Shown: positions 19,141 to 27,530, counted from the first letter of the stretch. The stretch: 41,617 nt of DNA from an uncultured Oscillospiraceae bacterium (GCA_964577335.1 CAZNYY010000001.1:1-41617); one strand, 5' to 3'. Program-made: numbers and translations. Notes: a model not told the origin generated them from the letters alone.

Positions 19141-19166
19141 TGTATGTTCCAAAAGTTTTCGCTCTA

Positions 19167-19550
19167 TTATTTAATTTCAACCTTTGCGCCAACTTCTTCA
19201 AGCTTAGCTTTGTATGCTTCTGCATCTTCCTTGCCAATGGCTTCTTTGAGGGGCTTGGGAGCGCCGTCAACCAAATCCTTAGCTTCTTTAAGACCAAGAC
19301 CTGTAATCTCACGAACAACCTTGATAACCTTAATCTTTTCTGCGCCAACCTCTGCCAATATTACGTCAAACTCTGTCTTTTCCTCAGCGGCAGCAGCACC
19401 TTCAGCAGGAGCGGCAGCAGCAGCTACAGCCATAGGAGCCGCAGCGGACACGCCAAATTCTTCTTCCAAAGCCTTTACAAGCTCACTCAGCTCCAACACC
19501 GTTAAAACCTTTACATCTTCAATTAATTTTGTTACTTTTTCACTTGCCAT
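19167..19550 (-). CDS. rplL: 50S ribosomal protein L7/L12
   Basis: 127 aa with an Ala-rich hinge and conserved C-terminal domain ([16 protein letters not shown]). Confidence 0.96.
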   Translation of the reverse strand: MASEKVTKLIEDVKVLTVLELSELVKALEEEFGVSAAAPMAVAAAAAPAEGAAAAEEKTEFDVILAEVGAEKIKVIKVVREITGLGLKEAKDLVDGAPKPLKEAIGKEDAEAYKAKLEEVGAKVEIK

Positions 19551-19585
19551 TTTTATATTCCTCCTAAATTAAATTTAATTCTTTT

Positions 19586-20113
19586 TTATGCTGATTTTTC
19601 GGCAATGGCGTTAAGCGCTACAACCAAGCCACGTATATTTGCGTTTAGAACATTTGCAAACCCACTTATGGGAGCGTTCATGCCGCCGAGCATCCTTGCG
19701 ATGAGAACTTCTTTTGACGGCAGTGCTGCAAGCGCCTTTACCTCATCAACTCCGATAACCCTGCCATCTACAAAACCTGCTTTGATTTCCAGTTTGTCAT
19801 TTTTCTTTGCAAATTCGCATAGAATTTTGGCTGCCGCTACAGGGTCATCCTCACTTATGGCTAAAGATGTGGGACCGTGCAAAATCGAATCCAAAGCCTC
19901 AAACCCAACTTCGTTTGCAGCAAAACGGGTTAATGTATTTTTTACAACCTTATATTCAATATTTGCTTCACGAAGCTTGTTACGAAGCTCGGTGTCCTCC
20001 TCAACCGTAAGACCCCTATAATCTGCCAAGACACCTGCCGCCGATTCCTTTAACTTCCTTGCCAAGGTAGCGGCCATTTCCTTCTTCTCTTGTAATATTT
20101 TTTCACTGGGCAT
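19586..20113 (-). CDS. rplJ: 50S ribosomal protein L10
   Basis: 175 aa from the ATG at 20113 (AAGGAGGTG SD). The 57 upstream codons in the ORF track are the untranslated L10 leader. Confidence 0.94.
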   Translation of the reverse strand: MPSEKILQEKKEMAATLARKLKESAAGVLADYRGLTVEEDTELRNKLREANIEYKVVKNTLTRFAANEVGFEALDSILHGPTSLAISEDDPVAAAKILCEFAKKNDKLEIKAGFVDGRVIGVDEVKALAALPSKEVLIARMLGGMNAPISGFANVLNANIRGLVVALNAIAEKSA

Positions 20114-20272
20114 ATATTCCACCTCCTTGAAGTTATAATGTAACGTATCGGGGACATCCCTCAACAAGAACAAAAAAGGTTCCCCGCACACAGACAGAGA
20201 ACCCCTAATAAGAGCATTTTTCTCCTCGGCAGGCTTTACGCAAAAGCTACCTGCTGTCTGCGGACTTTTATT
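20114..20272 (-). promoter_or_regulatory. ribosomal protein L10 (rplJ) leader
   Basis: A structured untranslated leader of about 150 nt between a predicted promoter and the rplJ SD. It contains an internal stem plus U-run attenuator, in the position expected for the Firmicute L10 leader (Rfam L10_leader class). Confidence 0.65.
20172..20205 (-). terminator. attenuator-type intrinsic terminator inside the L10 leader
   Basis: Minus strand reads GGTTCTC-N12-GGGGAACC (7 bp including G-U pairs) followed by TTTTTT. Confidence 0.5.
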
Positions 20273-20301
20273 AACATAACACAATATCTATAAATTGTCA
20301 A
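20273..20301 (-). promoter_or_regulatory. sigma-A-type promoter for rplJ-rplL
   Basis: Minus strand has TTGACA, a 17-nt spacer, then TATGTT, just after the rplA stop. Confidence 0.45.
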
Positions 20302-20304
20302 GCT

Positions 20305-21000
20305 TTATTCGGACAATCTTGATGGATTAACTTTAATACCCGGGCCCATCGTGGAGGCTATTGCCACACTTTTTAAATACTGACCCTTTGCCGCAGATGG
20401 CTTTGCCTTTATTACAGCACTCATCAGCGTATCAAAATTCTCAATAAGCTTTTCTTTCCCAAAAGAAACCTTTCCTATCGGGCAGTGAATTATATTGGTT
20501 TTATCAAGACGGTATTCTATTTTGCCCGCCTTAATCTCAGATATGGCACTGCTGATATCCATTGTAACCGTACCAGCTTTGGGGTTTGGCATCAGACCCT
20601 TAGGACCCAAAACACGCCCTATTCGCCCTACAACACCCATCATATCAGGCGTTGCGACAACCACATCAAATTCAAACCAATTTTCGCTTTGAATTTTCTG
20701 CACCAAATCCTCGGCACCTACAAAATCCGCCCCTGCGGCTTCCGCTTCACTTGCCTTATCGCCCTTGGCAAAAACCAAAACACGCACTGTTTTTCCCGTG
20801 CCGTTAGGAAGTACAACCGCACCCCTTACCTGCTGGTCTGCATGCCTTGAGTCGACCCCAAGTCTTATATGCGTTTCAACTGTTTCATCAAACTTAGCCT
20901 TGGCAGTGTTTATCGCAATTTCAAATGCTTCACCAACATCATAAAGCTTTGTGCGGTCAACCATTTTTGCGCCTTCAAGATACTTCTTTCCTCTCTTCAA
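20305..21000 (-). CDS. rplA: 50S ribosomal protein L1
   Basis: 231 aa with an L1-type N-terminus ([19 protein letters not shown]). TTG start at 21000 with AAGGAGG 7 nt upstream. Confidence 0.95.
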   Translation of the reverse strand: MKRGKKYLEGAKMVDRTKLYDVGEAFEIAINTAKAKFDETVETHIRLGVDSRHADQQVRGAVVLPNGTGKTVRVLVFAKGDKASEAEAAGADFVGAEDLVQKIQSENWFEFDVVVATPDMMGVVGRIGRVLGPKGLMPNPKAGTVTMDISSAISEIKAGKIEYRLDKTNIIHCPIGKVSFGKEKLIENFDTLMSAVIKAKPSAAKGQYLKSVAIASTMGPGIKVNPSRLSE

Positions 21001-21014
21001 CTTCCAACCTCCTT

Positions 21015-21044
21015 GTGGTAATTCGGACCCGAAAATCCTCCCAC
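21015..21044 (-). promoter_or_regulatory. L1-binding-like mRNA stem-loop upstream of rplA
   Basis: 29/30 identical to the 21504-21533 copy. The single C-to-U change keeps pairing (C-G becomes U-G). It starts right after the rplK stop and abuts the rplA SD. Confidence 0.55.
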
Positions 21045-21476
21045 TTATTCATTGTCATCAACCGTAACACCCATACTTCTGGCTGTTCCCGCCACCATGC
21101 TCATTGCGGCTTCAACACTTGCAGCGTTTAAGTCCACCATTTTTAGCTGAGCTATTTCCTGCAATTGACTTTTTTTGATTACTGCAACCTTGTCCTTATT
21201 GGGAACGCCCGAGCCGCTTTCAATTTTACAAGCCTTTTTTATAAGCACTGCTGCCGGCGGAGTTTTTGTAATAAATGAGAACGACCTGTCCGCATAGACC
21301 GTAATAACTACCGGTATTATAAGTCCGGCATCCTTCGACGTTCTTTCATTAAACTCCTTAGTAAACTGTACTATGTTTACACCGTACTGACCCAAGGCAG
21401 GACCTACCGGCGGTGCCGGAGTTGCCTTCCCTGCAGGGATTTGAAGTTTTATATATCCCGTAATTTTCTGCGCCAT
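21045..21476 (-). CDS. rplK: 50S ribosomal protein L11
   Basis: 143 aa from the ATG at 21476 (AAGGAGGTG SD). Sequence [30 protein letters not shown]. Confidence 0.96.
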   Translation of the reverse strand: MAQKITGYIKLQIPAGKATPAPPVGPALGQYGVNIVQFTKEFNERTSKDAGLIIPVVITVYADRSFSFITKTPPAAVLIKKACKIESGSGVPNKDKVAVIKKSQLQEIAQLKMVDLNAASVEAAMSMVAGTARSMGVTVDDNE

Positions 21477-21503
21477 TAAAGTTACACCTCCTTGCAAACA
21501 AAT

Positions 21504-21533
21504 GTGGTAATTCGGACCCGAAAGTCCTCCCAC
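21504..21533 (-). promoter_or_regulatory. L1-binding-like mRNA stem-loop upstream of rplK
   Basis: Minus strand reads GTGGGAGGACTTTCGGGTCCGAATTACCAC. A GUGG/CCAC closing helix and an asymmetric internal loop (GA / GAAUUA) surround an inner GGACU-UUCG-GGUCC hairpin. It ends 13 nt before the rplK SD. Confidence 0.55.
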
Positions 21534-21576
21534 TCAAACCCGGTCACATGACCGTATATAACAAGCCATAGGCTTA

Positions 21577-22098
21577 TTATGACAATATTTCAACCTGACT
21601 AAAGTCAAGCTCTACCGGGGTTTCACGCCCGAACATGGAAACGCAAACCCTCAGCTTTTGTTTTTCTATATTTATTTCCTCAATTATTCCGATAAAGCTT
21701 TCAAGAGGTCCGTCCGTAATACGGATATTGTCCCCCACCGCAAAATCAATCTTAATAACTCTTGTTTCAACACCCATAGCATCAACCTCAGCCTCCGTAA
21801 GCGGGATTGGTTTAGAACCCGGCCCCACAAAGCCTGTAACTCCTCGGGTATTTCTTACAATGTACCAGCTTTCATCCGTCATTACCATTTTTATGAACAC
21901 ATACCCCGGATAAACCTTGCGCATAACAATTTTCTTTTCTTCGCCCTTTTGCTCAACAACTTCTTCCATCGGCACCTTTATACCCTGAAAAAGCTCTTGC
22001 ATGCCACGGTTTTCAATTGTTTTTTCTATATTTGCTTTAACCTTGTTTTCATAACCGGAGTATGTATGAACTACATACCATTTAGCATTAGCGCTCAT
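21577..22098 (-). CDS. nusG: transcription termination/antitermination factor NusG
   Basis: 173 aa from the ATG at 22098. NGN domain (KWYVVHTYSGYENKV) and C-terminal KOW. Confidence 0.94.
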   Translation of the reverse strand: MSANAKWYVVHTYSGYENKVKANIEKTIENRGMQELFQGIKVPMEEVVEQKGEEKKIVMRKVYPGYVFIKMVMTDESWYIVRNTRGVTGFVGPGSKPIPLTEAEVDAMGVETRVIKIDFAVGDNIRITDGPLESFIGIIEEINIEKQKLRVCVSMFGRETPVELDFSQVEILS

Positions 22099-22160
22099 AT
22101 GATTTCCGAAGCCCAAAAAGGCCTCCGACCTCCTTTAATTTTACTGCTCCCCCAGGGAAC

Positions 22161-22358
22161 TTATGAGGGCAGTATCATAATCGCTCCGTATGAAAATAAA
22201 AAGTCAAGAATCCAAATGGCTCCGCCTATAACCAAAATAAACAACAAAACAACTGCTGTGTTGTTTGTAATTTGACTGCGTGTAGGCCATACGACTTTTT
22301 TAAGCTCCGCAACGATATCCTTGAAAAACTTACCGATTCCAATAAAAAACTTTTTCAT
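22161..22358 (-). CDS. secE: preprotein translocase subunit SecE
   Basis: 65 aa from the ATG at 22358 (GGAGGG SD 7 nt upstream), with a single C-terminal TM segment. It occupies the rpmG-secE-nusG position. Confidence 0.9.
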   Translation of the reverse strand: MKKFFIGIGKFFKDIVAELKKVVWPTRSQITNNTAVVLLFILVIGGAIWILDFLFSYGAIMILPS

Positions 22359-22394
22359 CAAAAACCCTCCAATTCACCTAACAGTCATACAAGG

Positions 22395-22544
22395 CTACCT
22401 TGTTTCCCTGTGAACCGTGTGCTTTCTGCAAAACCTGCAATATTTTTTTAATTCAAGCCTCTCCGGAGTGTTTTTTTTGCTTTTCATAGTATTGTAGTTG
22501 CGTTGTTTGCACTCAGAACAAGCTAATGTAATTTTAACTCTCAC
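22395..22544 (-). CDS. rpmG: 50S ribosomal protein L33 (Cys4 zinc-ribbon form)
   Basis: 49 aa from the GTG at 22544 (GGGGGTG SD), reading (M)[16 protein letters not shown]...[11 protein letters not shown]. The longer ORF-track N-terminus is not L33-like. Confidence 0.9.
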   Translation of the reverse strand: MRVKITLACSECKQRNYNTMKSKKNTPERLELKKYCRFCRKHTVHRETR

Positions 22545-22735
22545 TAACCGACACCCCCTATTATCTTCGGATTGTACCGAATATATGACCCACATTTTTA
22601 TAACGATGGAATTTGCCCAAACTTTGGTTACCGTGTAACAAAACCCATGTTTGCCGCAAAATCCAAAACGTTATGTCAGCGGACACCGTCCGCCTTTTTA
22701 AACACAAAAAAAAGACTTCAAACAGAAGTATTAAT

Positions 22736-22764
22736 ACTATACCATGCCGCAAGTTATATGTCAA
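22736..22764 (-). promoter_or_regulatory. sigma-A-type promoter of rpmG-secE-nusG
   Basis: Minus strand has TTGACA, a 17-nt spacer, then TATAGT. This implies a 5' UTR of about 180 nt before rpmG. Confidence 0.55.
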
Positions 22765-22820
22765 CTATTTTTTTCGAACATTTTCAAATTCTTTTTCCGA
22801 ACTTGATAACTATTTGCTGC

Positions 22821-22854
22821 AAAAAGGGGGCTGTATCAAAAGACACAACCCCCC
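22821..22854 (-). terminator. intrinsic terminator after the NlpC/P60 gene
   Basis: Minus strand reads GGGGGTTGTGTC-TTTT-GATACAGCCCCC (12 bp with two G-U pairs) followed by TTTTT. Confidence 0.8.
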
Positions 22855-22861
22855 TGCACTT

Positions 22862-23518
22862 CTAAAAAATACGCCTTGCGGTATATAATTCACGGTTCAT
22901 ATCATCAATTGAAACCGTTCTCCCCGTCTGCGGAGAATGAATGTATGTATTGTTGCCAACGTATATCCCAACATGACCGCCGCCCCTGAAAAACACCAGG
23001 TCACCGGGTATTAAATTTTCACGGCTGACAGGCACGCCTATATTCATCTGTGAATATGAAGTCCTCGGCAGATTAACACCGAAATATGCGTAAACATATT
23101 TTACAAAACCGCTGCAATCAAAAGAATTCGGACCATTGCCGCCATATTGGTACGGCACTCCTATAAAATTCTTCGCATATGCCACAATATTTTCACCTGC
23201 TGTAGGTACGACCTCAGGTGTTCTCTCCTCCCCACGGGAAGTGATGGCCGCCTCCACCCGCTCAAGCCTGATATATTGGGAAAAAACAAATGCCTCCCCA
23301 CCGTTGTATGAAACCTTGTACCAATCACCTTCAGTGTTTAAAACCGTAAGCGCCGCCCCGTTGTAAACCAAACCTGCCACTCCGTACGAGGTGCCCGGTC
23401 CTTGTCTTATGTTTAGTGCGCTTGCGGTTACATAACCCACGGCATTAGCAAGAGCCCATACCGGAAACATAGAAACCAATATAACCACAAGCATGAATGA
23501 ACATAATTTTTTCAACAT
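22862..23518 (-). CDS. secreted SH3-domain NlpC/P60 family peptidoglycan endopeptidase
   Basis: 218 aa from the ATG at 23518 (AAGGAGA SD). Signal peptide, an SH3b-like segment (LNIRQGPGTSY), and an NlpC/P60 catalytic Cys (DCSGFVKYVY). Confidence 0.88.
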   Translation of the reverse strand: MLKKLCSFMLVVILVSMFPVWALANAVGYVTASALNIRQGPGTSYGVAGLVYNGAALTVLNTEGDWYKVSYNGGEAFVFSQYIRLERVEAAITSRGEERTPEVVPTAGENIVAYAKNFIGVPYQYGGNGPNSFDCSGFVKYVYAYFGVNLPRTSYSQMNIGVPVSRENLIPGDLVFFRGGGHVGIYVGNNTYIHSPQTGRTVSIDDMNRELYTARRIF

Positions 23519-23594
23519 TTCATTTTCTCCTTTTCCGGACAAGCAGAGGAAAAAGTAAACTAAATATGTAAGCTTGTCCTTTAACACAATAGGG

Positions 23595-23623
23595 ATTATA
23601 CACTATCTTTTATATTTTGTCAA
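23595..23623 (-). promoter_or_regulatory. consensus sigma-A promoter of the NlpC/P60 gene
   Basis: Minus strand has TTGACA, a 17-nt spacer, then TATAAT, with a TG at the extended -10 position. Confidence 0.65.
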
Positions 23624-23822
23624 ACTTTTTTAACAACTTTTTAATAAAATTTTATAATCCTTGCAAAAATACTTTCTCATATAACCTTGCAAACGCCTTG
23701 TTTAAGGCATTTTTGAGGTTTTGTGCTATTTTGAACACAGAAAAAAATTAACAAAGTTATTCTTGCTAAACAGGCTTTTATTTGTTATCCTATGTATATA
23801 TTAAATTTGACAGGGTGATTTT

Positions 23823-24821
23823 TTGAAAATTGTATTGGGAATAGAAACCTCATGTGACGAAACTGCGGCATCCGTAACCGAAGGAGGGCGCAGGGTTTTG
23901 AGTGATGTAATATACTCACAGGTGGATTTACACAAAAAATTCGGCGGGGTAGTGCCCGAGGTTGCCTCAAGAAAACATATGGAAGTTATTTCCGTAGTAG
24001 TTGAGGAGGCACTTGAGCGGGCAAATATTAAAAAAAATGATTTGGATGCGGTAGCGGTTACAAATGGTCCCGGGCTTATAGGTGCCCTGCTTGTGGGACT
24101 TTCCTTTGCAAAGGGTTATTCCTATGCCACCAGAAAACCGCTTGTACCCGTAAACCATATTCATGGACATATAGCTGCAAATTATATAGCCCACCCAACC
24201 CTTGAGCCGCCTTTTGTATGCCTCGTTGCATCAGGCGGGCACAGCCATGTGCTGTTTGTGGAGGACTATAATAAATACAAGGTTTTAGGTGCAACTTTGG
24301 ACGATGCTGCGGGAGAAGCATTTGACAAGGTGGCAAGGGTTCTTGGGCTTGGATACCCGGGCGGCCCGCTTTTAAGCGATATGGCGCAGAAGGGAAACCC
24401 TGATGCGATACCCTTTCCGCGCCCTATAAACGGGCTTGATTTTAGTTTTAGCGGGGTTAAAACATCTGTTATAAATTATGTCCATAAAATGAACCAAAGT
24501 CAGACCCCGTTTTTTCCGGAGGATGTTGCCGCATCCTTTGAAGCGGCAGTTACAGGGGTTTTAACCGATGTTACGATGGCGGCGGCACGGCAAGCAGGTG
24601 CCAAGAAAATTGCCATAGCGGGAGGTGTTGCGGCAAACAGGGTTTTGAGAGAGCGCATGAAAAATGCGGCTTTTGATGCGGGGATGGAGTTTTACCTGCC
24701 GCCTGGGCACCTTTGTACGGACAACGGGGCGATGATATCCTGTGCGGGATATTACGGCTTGATTTCGGGTGTCTCCTCACCCCTTAATTTAAATGCCCAC
24801 GCAACTTTGAAAAGCTTTTAA
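23823..24821 (+). CDS. tsaD: tRNA N6-adenosine threonylcarbamoyltransferase TsaD
   Basis: 332 aa with the Kae1/TsaD N-terminus (K)[13 protein letters not shown] and metal site VNHIHGH. The start codon is TTG at 23823. Confidence 0.93.
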   Translation: MKIVLGIETSCDETAASVTEGGRRVLSDVIYSQVDLHKKFGGVVPEVASRKHMEVISVVVEEALERANIKKNDLDAVAVTNGPGLIGALLVGLSFAKGYSYATRKPLVPVNHIHGHIAANYIAHPTLEPPFVCLVASGGHSHVLFVEDYNKYKVLGATLDDAAGEAFDKVARVLGLGYPGGPLLSDMAQKGNPDAIPFPRPINGLDFSFSGVKTSVINYVHKMNQSQTPFFPEDVAASFEAAVTGVLTDVTMAAARQAGAKKIAIAGGVAANRVLRERMKNAAFDAGMEFYLPPGHLCTDNGAMISCAGYYGLISGVSSPLNLNAHATLKSF

Positions 24822-24937
24822 ATATAGCGATAGCCCCCAAAAGCTTAAAAAATAAGCCTTCAGGGGCATCTATTTTAACAGCCGCGGCTGACACTATATA
24901 ATATGAGCAAAACACGAAAAAGTGAAGGATTGTATTT

Positions 24938-25669
24938 ATGTTTTTTTTGAAAAATCCGAACTTGCCCAAAAAAAAGGTGATTGCTGCCGTTGCATGGGAT
25001 TGCGACGCAACGAAAAACCTTGAAGTGGAAATTCTTATACCCACATTTCCCGTAAGTACCCTGCCCTATCCCCTTAATTTTCATGCGGACCTTCAATTGC
25101 ATCATATGGGAGGAAACACCTTTTTATCTTGCCCGGAGGCATATGAGTATTATAAACAAAAGCTTTCGCCCCTTGGGGCTTATATCATAAAAGGAGAAAC
25201 CGGTTTGAGGTGTAACTACCCGGAAGATATAGCATATAATATAGCAAGGATTAGGGGTATCGCAATCCACAACACAAAGTATACCGACCCTGAAGCAAAA
25301 AAATATTTTAGTGAAAACGGTGTAATTTTACATCATGTAAATCAGGGGTACAGCAAATGCCAGGTTGCGGTATGCGGCAAAAACCATATTATAACCTCGG
25401 ACCCCGGCATTTATGCCGTTGCAACGGGATGCGGCTTAAACACTCTTTTAATTGAACAGGGGCATATTTTTCTTGAAGGTTTTGACTATGGTTTTTTCGG
25501 CGGCTGTGCGGCTTTGACAAAACCCGGCGAGTTATATCTCACCGGAAGTATAAAAAATCATCCTTCGAGGAATAAAATATATGCTTTTTTGGAAAAACAT
25601 CATATAGAGCTATTTGAATCCGCAGAAAGTCCTCCAGTTGATATAGGTTCAATTATATGTATAGCATAA
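24938..25669 (+). CDS. hypothetical protein (uncharacterised family)
   Basis: 243-aa ORF from an ATG with GAAGGA 8 nt upstream. Coding-like composition, no TM segment or signal peptide. I do not recognise the family. Confidence 0.7.
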   Translation: MFFLKNPNLPKKKVIAAVAWDCDATKNLEVEILIPTFPVSTLPYPLNFHADLQLHHMGGNTFLSCPEAYEYYKQKLSPLGAYIIKGETGLRCNYPEDIAYNIARIRGIAIHNTKYTDPEAKKYFSENGVILHHVNQGYSKCQVAVCGKNHIITSDPGIYAVATGCGLNTLLIEQGHIFLEGFDYGFFGGCAALTKPGELYLTGSIKNHPSRNKIYAFLEKHHIELFESAESPPVDIGSIICIA

Positions 25670-25679
25670 CACCCGGGAG

Positions 25680-26498
25680 GTGAATTTATTGCAGCAAAAA
25701 TTGTCGGTAACAGGGGATATTGACTCTCTTTTCAGAGTGTTGCCCCGCCAAAGTGGTATAAAGACGGAAAAAGACGACCAAACTCTTGTATTTTCCGCCG
25801 CCACACCTGATGCGATGGTCAAATTCAAGCGCTCGCTTGCGATATGGCTGTCAGATATAATTGTTGAAAATTATGAGATAAAATATATTGAAAAAGCTTT
25901 AAACAGAAAATACTGCCATTTAAGCTCCGCCGAAAAACGGGAGATTTTAAGTCAGGCGGTAAACGAAACCACCGCCCCCCAATTTGAAAACCGTCAGGAT
26001 TTAATATCCTCACGCCTTTTTGATTATTTGTCGGGCTCGGATATACTTTTAATAGATGGTTTTGTAAACTTCCGCTTAAAAGAGTATAAAGAAAGCCTTG
26101 CCGATGCGGTGGACAAAGCTGTTGACCGTTATTTAACCGAGCGTGAATACAGCGAATTTATAAACCTTTTAAGGTACTTTGTGCAGATGCAAGAGCCGAG
26201 GGAACCTGTAATACACATAGTGTCTACAACCTACGGACGCTACAGCCTCTACGATGAGAATGCGAACGAAATAACCCACCAATGTATAGAGGATTTTATG
26301 GAGTCGGTGGGGGACACCAAAGTCAATTTTGACGACCTTTTAATAAGCTCTCTCATAACACTTGCCCCTATTAAAACCGTTATCCATAACGGCGGCGGGA
26401 TAAAAAACCGTGAGGTTTTGGAAACCATATATAAAGTTTTTGAAGGAAGTGTTACAGCATGTGACGGTTGTTCCCTTTGTGAAAAATATTTGAAATAA
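25680..26498 (+). CDS. ytxC: putative sporulation protein YtxC-like
   Basis: About 270 aa. The segment IDGFVNFRLKEYKESL...EREYSEFINLLRYFV resembles my memory of the YtxC family. The start is more likely TTG 25689, because GGGAGGTG sits 8 nt upstream of it, than GTG 25680. Confidence 0.5.
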   Translation: MNLLQQKLSVTGDIDSLFRVLPRQSGIKTEKDDQTLVFSAATPDAMVKFKRSLAIWLSDIIVENYEIKYIEKALNRKYCHLSSAEKREILSQAVNETTAPQFENRQDLISSRLFDYLSGSDILLIDGFVNFRLKEYKESLADAVDKAVDRYLTEREYSEFINLLRYFVQMQEPREPVIHIVSTTYGRYSLYDENANEITHQCIEDFMESVGDTKVNFDDLLISSLITLAPIKTVIHNGGGIKNREVLETIYKVFEGSVTACDGCSLCEKYLK

Positions 26499-26550
26499 TT
26501 GTTGATTATTAGACACAATACTGATATACTGGTGTTATTATTTTTTAGGA

Positions 26551-27471
26551 GTGATAATTTTGAAAAAGCGCCTTATATTACTATCTGTGTCTTTGCTATT
26601 GACATTTGTACTTTCGGGATGCTTCACACAGGAATCAACCATCAAAATCAATCTGGGCGGAAGCGTGAAGGTTGAAACGGAAATGCTTGGAACCCCCGAG
26701 GGCATAAGTACCGCCTTTGGCGTTGCCAGTTTCGAGGAGAATATTGACACTTTTATTGAGTCTCATACGGACTATATCGAGTCTAACCCCGAGGATATTA
26801 AGTCACTGACGCTTGAAGAAGTAAACAGGGATATCGACGGTGTAACATATCAGGGAATACATGCGGTAATGGGATATAACAGTGTCGGTCAGATGCTTGC
26901 ATCGGGGGTTTTTTCAAATTTGACACAGGGCTTGCCGATAGTTAATTACAGCGGCGTGCCTTCCGGTATATACATGACTGAAAAGCCGTCAATGTTTGGA
27001 GTAACATATTCCGGCAAAGGCGATATTACTATTTCCGACCAGGGAATGGGGGCAGAAGGCCTTGAAAATGCAAGTATAAGCCAAACCTTTGTGTTCCCGT
27101 CACTTTTTGTAAAGAGCAATGCAACCGAAAAGTCTGCACTTGGAATGGGGCACACATGGAAGGCGTCATATAACACGCCTGCGGAGGTTTCGTTTAGCGC
27201 CTTTGTTCCAAACCCGGCCCTTGTGGTTGCTACAATTTTAATTGTGCTGTTGGCTGTTTGGGTAGCACTTTTGCTGGCTGCACAGAAAAAGACAGTGATA
27301 GTTGCCGTCGAAGATGACCTCGAAGGCGAAGGGGTTTTGCCCGAGCAGATTTCAATTGACGAATTATCCGAGGAATACGAGAACGGCATTGATTTTGATG
27401 ATGAAGTCGAGGAAGTTTTACCGGAAGATGAACCTCCCTCAGATGACGAGGAAGAAGATTCCGAGGAGTAA
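26551..27471 (+). CDS. lipoprotein with C-terminal TM anchor and poly-acidic cytoplasmic tail
   Basis: Lipobox LSGC after a basic/hydrophobic signal peptide. The start is probably TTG 26560, 8 nt after AGGAG. A TM helix lies near aa 222-245 (nt 27214-27285). The last 53 aa have 28 D/E and no K/R. The topology resembles LppM/DUF3153-type proteins, but that assignment is unverified. Confidence 0.75.
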   Translation: MIILKKRLILLSVSLLLTFVLSGCFTQESTIKINLGGSVKVETEMLGTPEGISTAFGVASFEENIDTFIESHTDYIESNPEDIKSLTLEEVNRDIDGVTYQGIHAVMGYNSVGQMLASGVFSNLTQGLPIVNYSGVPSGIYMTEKPSMFGVTYSGKGDITISDQGMGAEGLENASISQTFVFPSLFVKSNATEKSALGMGHTWKASYNTPAEVSFSAFVPNPALVVATILIVLLAVWVALLLAAQKKTVIVAVEDDLEGEGVLPEQISIDELSEEYENGIDFDDEVEEVLPEDEPPSDDEEEDSEE

Positions 27472-27484
27472 TTACTTAGCAATC

Positions 27485-27521
27485 AAAAGAGGGCACGGAT
27501 TAATTTCCGTGCCCCTTTTTT
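27485..27521. terminator. bidirectional intrinsic terminator between the lipoprotein gene and ymdB
   Basis: GGGCACGGA-TTAATT-TCCGTGCCC with TTTTTT on the plus strand and TCTTTTG on the minus strand. Confidence 0.85.
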
Positions 27522-27530
27522 GTATTGATA

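Noticed and set aside
19144-19572. 142-aa Ala/Ser-rich plus-strand ORF, and similar antisense ORFs (692-1201, 5847-6392, 10543-11067, 21658-22275, 26946-27482, 33581-34108)
   Set aside because: These are shadow ORFs antisense to confidently identified genes (rplL, ahcY, recO/era, phoH/yqfD, nusG, the lipoprotein gene, ftsK). They are low-complexity mirror images with no SD.
20114-20284. Long 232-aa form of rplJ
   Set aside because: The upstream 57 codons are not L10-like and contain a stem plus U-run. The ATG at 20113 has a perfect AAGGAGGTG. This region is the untranslated L10 leader.
22572-22865. 97-aa plus-strand ORF filling the rpmG-NlpC/P60 intergenic region
   Set aside because: It has a TTG start with no SD and non-coding-like composition. 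It overlaps the NlpC/P60 terminator and the rpmG promoter and leader.
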